A stretch of 64,000 nt of DNA, taken from contig NC_058368.1 of the NCBI RefSeq assembly GCF_018350175.1, forward strand, positions 42,906,001-42,970,000. The letters are read 5' to 3'. The notes beneath the pieces were generated by a model. That model did not search any database. It was given only the letters and a program-made list of their open reading frames with translations, and was not told the DNA's origin. The stretch's first letter is position 1, and each line of letters opens with the position of its first letter. This document shows, in pieces, positions 38,794 through 51,464 of the stretch. A program made the translations under genes and the position numbers. The stretch comes from Felis catus (lineage: Eukaryota).

Positions 38794-39211
38794 ATGTTTT
38801 ACTGTCTTTAAACTCATTCTTTGTTTTGTTCAATCATTTCATATTTTAACTCTTATTTTTAATGAACTCATTTGATTCTAGCTAGAAATTTTTCTTGGAG
38901 TGTGCTAAAGTGTTTCTCTGGAGTTTTGCAGTTCTCTTCATTTTTTTGTGATAGCTTGCAATTTCAACTCTGTTATTTTCTTTTCCGAGGGGCTTTGGGA
39001 TATCTTTCAAGGACACTGAGTTAGGGGGAGGGTGGAAAGACTATCTTTTCATATTGCGTTTTAGTTATATGCTTCATTGTGAGATAAAGTGGTCTAATAT
39101 AATTTTTTATGTGTGGAATTTATTGAGTTTTCTTATTGGACTAATAAATGGAAAAATTTTACATATTCCATGGGCATTTGTTAAAAACTTGCTTTCCTTA
39201 TTATTGGAAAA

Positions 39212-39773
39212 TTTTTTTTTTCAAATTTTTATTTAAATTCTAGTTAATTAACATATATTGTATTGGTTTCAAGAGTAGAGTTTAGTGATTCATCACTTAC
39301 ATATAACGCCCAGTGCTCTTTACAAGTGCCCTCCTAATACCTATTACCCATTTAACCCAACCCATGCCCACTCCCCTCCAGCAACCCTATTTGTTCTCTA
39401 TAGTTAAGAGTCTCTTGGAGCACCTGGTTCGCTCAGTTGGTTGTGTGTCCAGCTTTTCATTTTGGCTCAGGGCATGATCCCAGGGTCATGGAATCGAGTC
39501 CCACATTGGACTCCATGCTGTGTGGAGCCTGCTTAAGATGATCTCTTTCTCTAAAAAGAAAAGAAAAAAAAAGAATCTCTTATGGTTTGCCTCCCTCTCT
39601 TGTTTTTTCCCCCTACTCCCACATTCTTGTGTTTTATTTCTTAAATTCCACATCTGAGTGAAATCATACGGTATTTATCTTTCTCTGGCTGACATAATTT
39701 ATTTAGGATAATACACTCTATCTCCATCCGCATCATTGCAAATGGCAATATTTCATTCTTTGTGATGGCAGAG

Positions 39774-39812
<39 letters not shown>

Positions 39813-39845
39813 ATATCTTTATACATTCATAGGGTAATATTCATT

Positions 39846-39885
<40 letters not shown>

Positions 39886-40144
39886 CATACCTACATACCA
39901 TATCTTCTTTATCCATTGATTAGTCGATGAACATTAGGGCTCTTTCCATAATTTGGTTATTGTTCATAATGCTGCTATAAACATCAGGGTGCATGTGCCC
40001 CTTCAAATCAGTATTTTTGTATCCTTTGGGTAAATACCTAGTAGCTCAATTGCTGGGTCGTAGGGTAGCTCTATTTTCAACTTTTTGAGGAACCTCCATA
40101 CTGTTTTCCAGAATGGCCGTACTAGCTTGCATTCCCACCAATAG
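39212..40144 (-). mobile_element. 5'-truncated carnivore L1 carrying a SINE
   Basis: Minus-strand peptide YYSAITKNEILPFAMMRMEIE; 3'UTR homologous to 28200-28430. Confidence 0.92.
39417..39570 (+). mobile_element. CAN-SINE inserted in an L1 3'UTR
   Basis: TSD aagagtctctt/aagaatctctt. Confidence 0.9.
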
Positions 40145-41165
40145 TTTCATGCTTCTGCATATTTCTTACTTGAGGATATGCTTTTTAATGGCTATGAAGT
40201 CCAGATTCTTTCCTTAAATTAAAAAAATATATTTAAAGAGCAGAAATTATCACTGCTAGTGATCTGTTAGTGCTAAGCTTATTTTACCAACATGGCACTG
40301 ATTATAATATAATGCTGTTTCTTTTATATAATGATGGAGTAGTTAAATTGATGGCTTATCTTCTATAAACTATGACTAAATTATAAATAACAAATTGAGT
40401 CAAGCTTATTACTTGGATTATGCAAATTTTCCACATGCCTGATAATACTTTAGTCTCATATTTATTTAGTGATGCATACTGAGTTCAAAGGGATCACTTC
40501 CCATGTTGGTTTTGGTTCCATAGTATGTGTTTTTAGTATTATATGTTTCTGAGATAGGATTCTATGTGTTTAACATGTCTGTCTCTCCAGAAGGATATAA
40601 ATAATTTGAAAGTGACACTAAAATGTTGGAGCTCTTTGAAACATAAATGCCAAATACATCACACCCCTCTTCCTAATCACAGTTCTGAAAGCAATAAATG
40701 ATAACATGAAAGTCCAGCATATTAGTTTTCTGACTGATAAAGTTGGTCAAGAACTGGTCTTGGTAATGAGAAACAAGTAGGCTTGCAGATACTTCCCAAT
40801 CTCCCAATCACGTTTACGGCACAGTCCCTCAGGGAAATGAAAATCTACACTTATCCAGGATTATGCAGTTATAAATCTGGCACTTAAAACAACAACAACA
40901 AAAATGTAAAGAAAAGAGAAAGCCTGAAAACCCAGGATTTATAGCCTCTTAGTGGATTAGCTCCATCCAGTGTAGCAACATAGGCCAATGAACATCACTT
41001 ACCAAGCAGGTAACTCATTCTTTCACCATGAGAAAAAAATAAGTAATGTGCAGGTCAAGAGGTCGTTTAAAGTGGAGATCCTACATACTAAAATAACAAG
41101 TGTGGAGAAGCCTTTTCTCTGACATTATGTAGTCTTTAATATTGATATGTCACTCTGTTCAATAC

Positions 41166-41386
41166 AACAGTCAGCAAACTTTTTTGCAAGGTACCACATA
41201 ATAAAAAATTGGGGCTTTGCAGTCCACATGGTCTCTACTGCAACTACCCAGCTTTGTCTGGGCAGCATGAAAACATCTACAGGCAATACAAAATGAATGA
41301 GTGTGGTTGTGTTCCAATAGAACTTTATGTCTAAAAACAGGCAACTAGCCTAGATTTCTCTACTGGCCTTAGTCCACCAACCTGTG
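41166..41386. mobile_element. MER58A (hAT-Charlie)
   Basis: gtcagcaaactttttt...aatgaatgagtgtggttgtgttccaatagaacttta. Confidence 0.88.
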
Positions 41387-43224
41387 TGTTTGAGTAATAT
41401 TGACTCAGTTTACAAAAGAAGTCTTTTATATACACATCTTTATTTTACCTTGATATGTGGCTTTCGCAGATAATTTTGAAAGCTTCCCAAGGAAATGAAA
41501 GATTAACATCAATGTATAGAGCTTGAAACCATAGCTCTTTTTTCCTTTTTTGCCATTTTTCCTTTTTTGCATTTCCATGTGACTAGATCCTAAACATTGA
41601 GAAATATTATTATTAGGGGCTGCTAGTTGAATCAGAGCCATCAATCCTCAGTTCAGAAGTGGCTTTTGAACAGCAACTTATTTATCAAATAGGATTTTGT
41701 TTCCTGACTCCTTCCATCTCTTTCACTCCTGCTGAAATGGTCATGGTTTGGTACTTTGGTGGATTACCTTAAGAATATTTGTTCAATAGAAGAATTCTTC
41801 CCAGAGTTCTTTCCATGTGGTATCTGAGACATACTGGCACTTCTTGAGTCAGACTATTAATTCTGCTTTTGTTTTGATTGACTCACAAATGTGAAGTGAC
41901 CCATGTGCTACAGGATCGATTCGTCCAAGACAATTAACTCTGCTTATCTCAGTGACCTCCAAAGCGACTGATTTTGCTTTCACAAACACTCGTAGCAAAG
42001 TATAACCAGTCATTATGTAATTGATGAAAATGACTGCAAATATGTGACCCCAAATCATTGTGTCTATCAGATGGATGTAGAACTGTTGATATATTTTTAG
42101 ATTTATTCCTCTGAAATAAAATTTAAGTGCATGATTCTATACCTCTGATGTCTATGTAAGTCACATGTGTTATTTTCAAAAGAAGATGGCTCTCTGTTTT
42201 TATCTAAGAAGTATTAATCACATGCAAATTTGACATATTGTGTCTAAACTAATGGTTCACAGTTATCAGAGTATGTTAGAATCACCTGAAGACTGCATCA
42301 TTTCTGCCTTGCTGAGAAAAGAGATAATAAAATGTGTAGTTATACTGTGGTTTTGAAGATTAACTGAGACAATGTATATAAACCCTTGCCACAATGACTG
42401 GCAAATAATGAGAGCTTTAAAATGTTAACTTCATTGTGATGAAAACTCCTGGGGCTGCAATTTACTGTTTTCTTAAAGTAAGAGAATAAAAAAGTGTTTC
42501 AATGTTCTTTTGTTTTTAATAAAATGATTTGTCATGAAAGCACTGAGCAAAATTATAAGCATATTATGACATAATTAATGGAATAATGACTAACTATTCA
42601 AACAGTAACTTAATTTTGTATTTTATAAAGAATTGTGTTCAGTTTGGTAGAGACAACTTAAACATTGTAAAATAATAAAAGTACCAGGCATTTTATACGT
42701 TCATCAGTAAGTGAAAAATGGCGACATTAGCAGTTGGGAGGCAGCTAAGGAGAAAAAGAAATTTCCTGTTAGTGGAGACTTTCTGCTTAGATCATATAGA
42801 GGAGTGTTAGCAGCCAATATAAGAGAAGACTTTAGTGTAAACAACTGTTCTCTAATTTTCTGGTTAGATGTGTAGTCACTGCCTAAGAGCAACTAAAATC
42901 CTTCTGGGCCAACTGGCCATGATTCATAGGATTAATCTTCTAAGAATACAGCGGTTTCTAAGCCTGGGTGATAATTGAAGTATCTAGGAAAAAATGATTT
43001 TAATTATTTTATTTTAGAACATTCAACTGATACAGATATCTGATTTTTCACCCCAGTGTATATCAGAAGCAATCCTACACCAGTTACATCTTGTAAAAAA
43101 ATTCCATAGGCAAGAACTCTTCCACAAGCAAATAACATAGTATATGCCGGGAGGTCTGTCCTTAGTATGTTTATAAAGAGATGAGACCAGATCTTCTGCA
43201 ATTCTCTGGCTCTCTTGTAATGAG

Positions 43225-44310
43225 GGCTTTAGTTTTTAATATTTTCAACTATGTTTATCAGGAACAGATGTCTAAAATTTCCTTTTTCTCTATTTTTGCC
43301 TTGTTTTCATTTTTAGATTATGCTGGCCTTATAAAGAGCCATGGTATATTTCTTCATTCCTCACTTTTGAAGAGTTTGTGTAAAATTCATTTTAGTTCTT
43401 ATTTAACATCTAAAAAAATAAATTCACTTAGACCAAAAGAGTTCTTTGTAGGGAGGTTGTAGCTCAAATATTATGGATAATCCAGTACAGATCTGTATTC
43501 TGTTATCTTCCTGTGAAGAATGTCATGCAGATAAATTGGCTGAACTCAAATTCTACACTCTGTTCCTCCTATGGTAATCAGAAAGCTAAATTCTCTGCTC
43601 TGTAGTTTTAGTCTTCCAGCCATTGCTTTCTGCTGAGTACACTGGAACCTGGAAACTTCTCAAAGAATATATATAACTCATATAAGAAAGTGGGCAGAGT
43701 TTTATATGCAAATTTTGTATCTCCCCCTCAGTAGCATTTTCTTTCTGGAATTTTCCCTCTCACCTTCTAGCCACTTCTGGAATCTACAAACACCACCATC
43801 TGGTTCCGCAAGTCTGTAAGATTACAGTTTCCACAGCTTTTCAACTCTCCCAGGCAGGCCCACTGGAGAGGGCGCTCAGGCAAAAAATAACATAATTGCA
43901 AATAGTACGAAATTTGTTACTCATCTCCAAGGTAGGACTTCCAGTCTCCTTCTGCTTGTGGTCACTCCCCAGAGGGTTCATAAAGTTGTGCTTTTAAAAA
44001 TATTTGGTCCAGGGGCCCCTGGTGGCTTGGTGGGTTCAGCTTTGGACTTCAGCTTAGGTCATGATCTCACGGTTTTTGAGTTCAAGCCCTGTGTAGGGAT
44101 CTGTGCTGACAGCTCAGAGCCTAGAGCCTGTTTCAGATCTGGGTCTCCCTCTCTCTCTGCCCCTCCACCGCTCACACTCTGTCTCTCTCTCTCTCAAAAA
44201 TTAACAAACATTTAAGAAATTTAAAAATATTTTGTCCAGGGACTTTAATTTTTATCTGTAGGAAAGATAAGTTTATTACAGGCTATTCTGTCATTGTTAT
44301 AAATAGAATT
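43225..44310 (-). mobile_element. Old L1M fragments (ORF2 and 5'-region pieces)
   Basis: tgctggccttataaa...tttgaagagtttgtgtaaaatt resembles the L1M reverse strand; boundaries uncertain. Confidence 0.55.
44012..44220 (+). mobile_element. CAN-SINE
   Basis: TSD taaaaatatttggtcca/taaaaatattttgtcca. Confidence 0.95.
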
Positions 44311-44406
44311 ATCTTCCATGAAACATTTTGAAAAGCATAATCTTGGACTTCACCTCAGAGCTACTAAGGCTTAGGACCCTGTATTGCATAAGATTCCTAT
44401 AGTTAA

Positions 44407-44616
44407 GGGTGCCTGGGTGGCTCAGGTGGCTAAGCCTCCGACTTGTGGTTTCAGCTCAGGTCATGATCTCGTGCTTTGGGAGTTCGAGCCCCACTCTGGG
44501 CTCTATGCTGACAGTGGGAAGGGGTCTGCTTGGGATTCTCTGTTTCCTGCCCACCCCCTCCCTCCTTGCTCATGCTCTCTCTCTCTCAAAAGTAAGTAAA
44601 TAAACATTAAAAAAAA
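44407..44616 (+). mobile_element. CAN-SINE
   Basis: gggtgcctgggtggctcag head, CT tract, A tail; TSD-like tcctatagtt/tcctgtagtt. Confidence 0.93.
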
Positions 44617-44690
44617 TCCTGTAGTTTATTATAGCTATCAGCTAGGATTTAAAACTTTCCTATGAACCTAGAAAATTCTAGGATATTTTT

Positions 44691-44848
44691 TTCCTTTTTA
44701 AAATTAATTCATTTATTGTTTAATTTACATCCTGGTTAGTTAGCCTCTAGTGCAACAATGATTTCAGGAGTAGATTCCTTAATGGCCCTTACCCATTTAG
44801 CCCATTCCTCCTCCCACAACCCCTCCAGCACCCCTCTGTTTGCTCTCT
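44691..44848 (-). mobile_element. Very short L1 3' end
   Basis: Homologous to 9055-9175 (atgatttcaggagtagattccttaatg); TSD taggatattttt/tagaatattttt. Confidence 0.9.
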
Positions 44849-45780
44849 TAGAATATTTTTATTAATAAATCCTTGAGGGTATCAAGAAAACCCTAACTGA
44901 TAGAAATGTTTCTATCTCTTTGCATTTAGAATTGTAAGTAGTGCTTTTCTGTAATTTTAAGAGCTGTAATTTGAGGTAGAAAAAAATAGCAAAGGCTCTT
45001 CAAACGTATGTACGAGTGACTTGAGGCAGTAATTGTCACTACAGTAATACTTGCTATCTGTCGCCAGGACTTCTGACTACAAGCAATGCTCATTGGGTTA
45101 TGTTGTCATTATGTTAAAAGATAGTGTTAGAGAAGATATTCTCCCAATCCATTAAAATTCAATTGAATATATGCCTCAGATCTTGGCTCAAACAAAGCAT
45201 TTAGGAGACAGGAAAGGAAAATTTCCAAGACAAAGCAGAAAATGCTCAAGAGGCAATACTTTCATGTTGAAAGAACAATTCCAAGCTCACTTTAGACTGA
45301 TTATTTGTAACAGAGCCATTTTAGGAAAGATTAACCTGGTTTGAGACTGCTAGAGCTCACGCTTAAGGAAGCAAAAGACCAAAATATCATTTAGCATCCA
45401 TTAAAATATATCTGAAAATGAAGTTATCAAAGACATTTATTACATGAGACTGAATTATGGCCTTCTTCTAATATCGTTATTCTTAAGTTGAATGTAATAA
45501 AATTAGAAAAATTTTGTTGGAAAAATTTGAGAACTATCTAAAAATAACTAATTTTCATAAGGATAAGATTTTTAAATCCCGTAAGATATCTTCTGACACC
45601 CAGGGTCTCCGTATATTGGACTTTCTGCAACTGTATGATGTGTTTCTGGTAGTACAGATATACTAAGCTTATAATAATGGGTTTGTGAAGATGGCAACTG
45701 AAGAACTAGGCAAATGCTACAATTTGACAAAAAAAATGTCTTTGCTTAACTGAAAACTTATTTTAAAGATTAAGGCTCTT

Positions 45781-45879
45781 TTGTATTTTAAGTAAACTCT
45801 AGGCACAACATGGGGCTTGAACTCATAACCCTGTGATCAAGAGTCACATGCTCTACCAACAGAGCCAGCCAGGCACCCC
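45781..45879 (-). mobile_element. Short older CAN-SINE
   Basis: gatcaagagtcacatgctctacc...ccaggcacccc; same type as 3248-3356. Confidence 0.9.
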
Positions 45880-47702
45880 AATATTAATACTTTTACAATT
45901 AGAAGAAAAAAATATATTGGCACAACAGGAACAAAATATTTTGTTTTTAATCAGTGAAAAAATTGGAAAAAAATTCTAAAAGTTATGAATGAGGAAAGTG
46001 AAAAACTTCAACATAATAAATGACTAATTTTACACGCATTATGAAGAGAAACAGTGTTATAAGTAGTTTATGTTGTCTCACACTCATAGATTAAAATTTT
46101 AGTTTTATATATATTTTGATTACTAACCATCAGTATTCTCATCCATGAACTAGAGATGATGATAGTAGTATATGTTTCCTCATAGCACTGGGGTAAAATT
46201 ACACGTGATAATGTATGTAGAGTGGTTAACTGGGTGCCTGGCACATAGTAAGATTTCAAAAGGATTACTTATACTTTTTGTTTCTGTTATTGTTATTTTT
46301 TATTATTATAATTAAGAGGAGGCTGAGAATTCTCAACGAAGGAAGACATTTTCAATGCTCTGAAGACCAGAATCAAAAAAAACCTGATTACATTAAAATC
46401 CATCTAATTTCTTCTCTGTACTTCAAATTATAGATAGTATATTATTTTTGTCTTAATAGAAAACATCAGTCTATGCTAAGTGTCTTGTCTGAAAGTTGGT
46501 ATCTCTTTTTCCTTTGGTTTAAAAAGATGATGATACAGAGAAGCTGCATAAATGGCTTGTTTGAGGAGGTTTCCAATTTGAAACTGTGTGCTGCTTTGAA
46601 AAGAGGACCCAAAGACTCGTTTATCAGAGATTTATCTACATATCTATGTAATCAGATATCAAGGACTTAAAAATATTTTTCCTTTAAATTTTAATAATAA
46701 TAGTTTGAGAGAAAACTGAGAATTTTAAGAAAGTTAACTATTTTATTTTTAGGTTATTATGTGCATGATTTGAGTATACACATTTTAGGTAAATAACAAA
46801 TACACATTCTAATCAGATCATCACATGAAGTAGGATTAGTAGTAATAATATTCACATCCGGAACCTGAGAAAGCTATAGAAAAGTCTAAACAGTTTAAAG
46901 TGATAGAGCCACCAAAACCATTTCTGACTCATTATATTAAGAAAAATTGAAGCATGGAACTATTTATAAAATACAATTATATTTTACAGTTAATTGTGTT
47001 CCAAAAATGTATAATAATTGTGTTATAGACATACACTGAAATCTACATTAAGAAACTGGAGCTGTATTTGAGTTGATATCATTGTGTCACCTAGGAAAAC
47101 ATCTTAAGCATTGGGACCTTTGTTTTGCATCTTTTAAATCATCTAACTGAACGTGATGTAAAATTGAAGATGATTCCCCAGTAGAAGCAAGTAGACAACC
47201 TGTAATAGCATGTTGACTTTATTACCTGTGCTGAACGTGCAGCAGATTCATGATGATGGTCACAAATGGGTGCGTAAGTGTCCTCACTCCAGCTTAATGA
47301 CTTATGGTAATCAGACCATATTTAGGCTTACTAGATTAATAGTAATGACAAACTAAAAGAAAAAAAAATGTGCATGTTTTCAGGCTAAATCTGCCCATTG
47401 CTTTCTTTTGAAATTAAGCTACACAATTTGAGGACTTACTAGTATGCTTATAATGCATACAAAAGGGCTACTAAAGTCTTGTGTTCTAAATTTTGATAGA
47501 TCATGATTTACAACCTGATCTTATAAGTAAGTATTTAAACTTTGACAAGGTTTAAAACCTCAATAAGCTCCAGTTCCCTTATTTGAAGTCTTTGATGCTA
47601 TTACTCATAAAACCAGCATCATAATGTTGTTGTGTGAATTGAGTTATGCAGGTTAAAAATAATCTGTCTCCAGTACAGAGTAAGGGCTCAATAAATTCTA
47701 AC

Positions 47703-48121
47703 TGTAGCGTCTTCTGATAGGATGGGGGCCACCAAATGTGCGACGACCCTATAGGGTGGAAGCTGGCAGCACAGGCAGTGAAAGAATTCACCCAAGGCAG
47801 AACAAAGGAGATAGAAGTTTATTGAAACACTGCAAGGCAAGGGAGGGGCAGGCAGAACAGCAAAGCAGAGACTGCCAAGAGGCAGTGGTGGGGGCTGTAG
47901 TTAAAGGGAGAAGGTGAGGAGGTATGGGCATGTGTGGAATTTTCTTTTTTTGGCAACTGTGCCTTAGTGTAAGTAACCCATTGGTCAGTTAGGGCATACA
48001 GATATTTGGAGGTGGGTTGCCTAATGGGTCTGTTTGTATTCAGCCAGGGGGTTACTGTGGGCCTGGCTACCTTACTCAGGTTTCCATTATTCAAGTTCAT
48101 TGCCTATAAGCCACCTTTACA
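47703..48121 (-). mobile_element. Solo LTR (probably a carnivore-lineage ERV), 419 bp
   Basis: TG...CA ends; perfect TSD CTAAC at 47698-47702 and 48122-48126; minus-strand CCAAT (~47980) and AATAAA (47818-47823). Confidence 0.9.
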
Positions 48122-48521
48122 CTAACCTTTATTATTGTTGTCATTACCACATCATCATTGTCATCATCATCATTTAGTAAAGTTAATACTTATTTCTAGT
48201 TAGCTTCCTAATAGCCAAAAGAAGAAAGATATTTCTGCAGTTAAAATAACAGGTATTGCTTGGGAAACTATAATACATTTGTGAAGTGTGAAAATATTGT
48301 ATGAAGTTTGTCTAAACTCTTCATTTATGTCTTCAAATAAGTATATCTGTTGCTAAAGATCAATTATTTTGCGAAGCCAATACTAATTTCTTTGGAATCT
48401 CTAGTGGTAATGGTTTTTGGAATTATCGGAGATACTTGGCTTTGCACATACATATCTACATTTATGTCTATAATATCCATATCCACATTCACATTCCAGG
48501 TCTTTATCTATCTCTATTCCT

Positions 48522-48538
48522 GTTTTTTTTTTTTTTTT

Positions 48539-48577
<39 letters not shown>

Positions 48578-48694
48578 TGAATGGGGGTGAGGAGCAGAGG
48601 GAGAGAGAGATTGAATTTCAAGCAGGCTTCACTCTCAGTACAGAGCCTGACGTAGGGTTCCATCCCATAACCCTGGGATGGAACCCAGACACCC
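48522..48694 (-). mobile_element. CAN-SINE with internal deletion in the head
   Basis: Body jumps from ...ccctgggat to acccagacaccc; TSD-like tctattcctgttt/tctatccctatct. Confidence 0.9.
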
Positions 48695-48724
48695 TTCTAT
48701 CCCTATCTTAAAAATAGCATGGTC

Positions 48725-48781
48725 AGGGTGTCTGGGTGGCTCACTTGGTTAAGAGACTGACTTTTGATTTTGGCTAAGGTC
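48725..48781 (+). mobile_element. Isolated CAN-SINE head fragment, inverted relative to its neighbour
   Basis: gggtgtctgggtggctcacttggttaagagactgacttttgattttggctaaggtc; no body or tail follows. Confidence 0.9.
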
Positions 48782-48870
48782 TTTCATCTGTCTTTTTGGT
48801 AATAAACTGTAAAAACACAATCCTTATAAAATGTTGGCAAAATATTTCAAATTTGCTGAGCTTGAGATAC

Positions 48871-48940
48871 ATATATATAGATATAGATGATATAGATGAT
48901 ATAGATATAGATATAGATATAGATATAGATATAGATATAT
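48871..48940. repeat. (ATATAG)n microsatellite
   Basis: Read directly from the sequence. Confidence 0.95.
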
Positions 48941-50816
48941 GTCAATCATGCTGTGTGTAAAGGCAAACTAGAAGGAAAACAAGCTTATAACAACTCAATG
49001 AAAGTATAAAGATCACAGGGCAGAGTATCATTCTTTACTGATACTGAGTGGAACAAAAAAAAAAGCAAAAGCCTCACAAGATTCACTATTACTATTTTCA
49101 TTGTTGGACTGCCATTTCCATCTTCCCCTTTATTCGGAGCAGTTCCTTGGACTGATTACATAAAGAAATGTATAGAAATCTCTAGCAAGTTAATTTCCTC
49201 TTGTGGAAAAAAAATTTTAGATTTTATTTATTTTATCTTATTTTAATTTCTAGTTTAGTTTTATATAAAGAGGGCAAATGATACAATAGATTACCATTTG
49301 AAGGTTTAGCTGTCCTTTGAACTCAAATCTCAATAATGACTGTATATTTAAGACATGGGTGTCTTTTTTTTTTATAGATAGTGATTAAGTTTTTTTTTCT
49401 TTTTTTTTTTCATTTTAACTGATAAAAACCCTATAAAACTGTTGGAGGACTTTTTTTAAGGGTTAAGTAATTATTTAAATCTTTTCTTTCTTTTTTTAAA
49501 TAATGAGCTTTGGTATCAGCCCACAAGAGAACAAATAAATTTTTAAAGAGCTATTCTTTACATGTCTATATAGATGATTATTTATATGGGTACACTTTTT
49601 AACATTTCAATATTAAAACTCTTTTCTTTTCATTCACTTAGCTAATTTAAACAAGACTGACTGTAACAAAGGCTAATCATGTGTAAATATCAGATTGTTT
49701 AGAATCAACGTGTGTTTGAATGTTATGGCTCAAAATCACAGGCAGTTAATTCATAGAGTCACCTATAATTAATTATAAAATCACATCATAAAATACATTT
49801 AAAGTAATCTCTACGAAGTTATTATAGAATATTAGTTTGACTTCATTAAAAAAGAATTGAACTCTAGAAAAAAGTGTTTTGACATGCTGAACACATTATA
49901 AAACATTAAAGAACCAATTTTAAATTCTTCCTTTCTCAAGCTAGATAAAACACCGTGCTTTAAAGTGCTAAATAAGAACTGACCCAGAGATTACCCTTCT
50001 CCAGCCAATCAATCAACATGCAATTTTATGTGGAACTGCCTGCACCCCACTTTTGCCTCCTCTGTCATCATGTTTAATATTGACTAAAGGGATGACTGCA
50101 AGCCATAGACTAGAGATTAAATTCTAGGTCCTAGGATTCAAGTTGGGAAGTGAAATTTCAAATTACATAAACATAAATAGTTCTAAAAAGTTTTATAAGT
50201 GTATAATTGAAAGCAACCTTTTGTATTTTATAAAACCATAGGAAGCAAAGAGGGGAAAAGATAAGCTGCTAAAGAAAGGAAATGATCTTCTATAGATATG
50301 GATTCTGTGCCAAATACTAAAGCACTACACATGAAAATCAAAGAAGGGGAACTTAAGAGATTTTCTCTGTGGGCACACTAATTAAGAGGTAAATTTGTCA
50401 AATAAGACAAAATGATAGTATTTGAAAATAAAAACAGTAAATTCCTCATATAATACACAAATAACTTAAATCAAAGAAGAGAGCCCTGATAGATAGACAG
50501 GATAACATAGTCCAAAGAAATTTAAATCTAGAGTTTTCAGTGGTTCACATCTAAGTTTTTTTTTTAAATTAAACTACAGTTGCACAATGAATAGCTTTTT
50601 GAAGAAAAATTGTAGATTTTAGTGATGACGTAGATTTAATTGAGTTAATTTTTCTGAACATAAAAATTGTAGCAAAGTTGATAATTCTTTATCACAGGAA
50701 TATTTGTTGACTCTAATCAGAGAAAATGTACTTAGTGCTTATGGCTTTTAGTATTCTTTTAAAGATTATGACTGTAATCTTTAAATTAGAGATTGGTGAT
50801 TCTGAAGTAGAAACTT

Positions 50817-51038
50817 TATTACTTAAAAAATATTTTTAATGTTTATTTTTTTGAAAGAGAAAGAGAGAGACAGAGCATGAGCAGCTGAGGGCAGAGAAAG
50901 AGGGAAACAGAATCCGAAGCAGGCTCCAGGCTCTGAGCTGTCTGCACAGAGCCCAATGCGGGCCTCAAACTCAAGAACTGCAAGATGGTGACCCCAGCTG
51001 AAGTTGATGCTTAATGGACTAAGCCACCCAGGTGCCCC
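50817..51038 (-). mobile_element. CAN-SINE
   Basis: TSD TGAAGTAGAAACTT at 50803-50816 and 51041-51054. Confidence 0.96.
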
Positions 51039-51464
51039 AGTGAAGTAGAAACTTAAAATAAAATCTAAAATATATCTAGATATTTTACTTCTTCAAAAAA
51101 GAATGTCCAAATATAAACTTTGCATGCTTATTTATTAAAAAGCCTGCTAATAACTTTATACATTTTAACATCTGTACTTGTCAAAATAGGCTAGACTATG
51201 ATTCAATAACAAACCTCAAACTCAAACTTTCAGTGACTTGATACAACGTTTTATATCAGAGTTATGAAATGCCCAATACGAACCTCCACGGCAACTTTCT
51301 TTCAGTGACTCCAGAAATTGAACAGAGAAACAGGTGGAATAGCTTGATATTTAGTTAAGTCCTGAATATTTATATTATGCAATCAGGTTCTGATGGCCAT
51401 GGTTTAGGAAGAGAAAATTTATTGTTGCTAATCTTGAAAGCTTTAATATGCACACACGATTTGT

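Noticed and set aside
42715..42724. YY1-like AAAATGGCG motif as a promoter or start codon
   Set aside because: Single motif with no CpG island and no sustained ORF.
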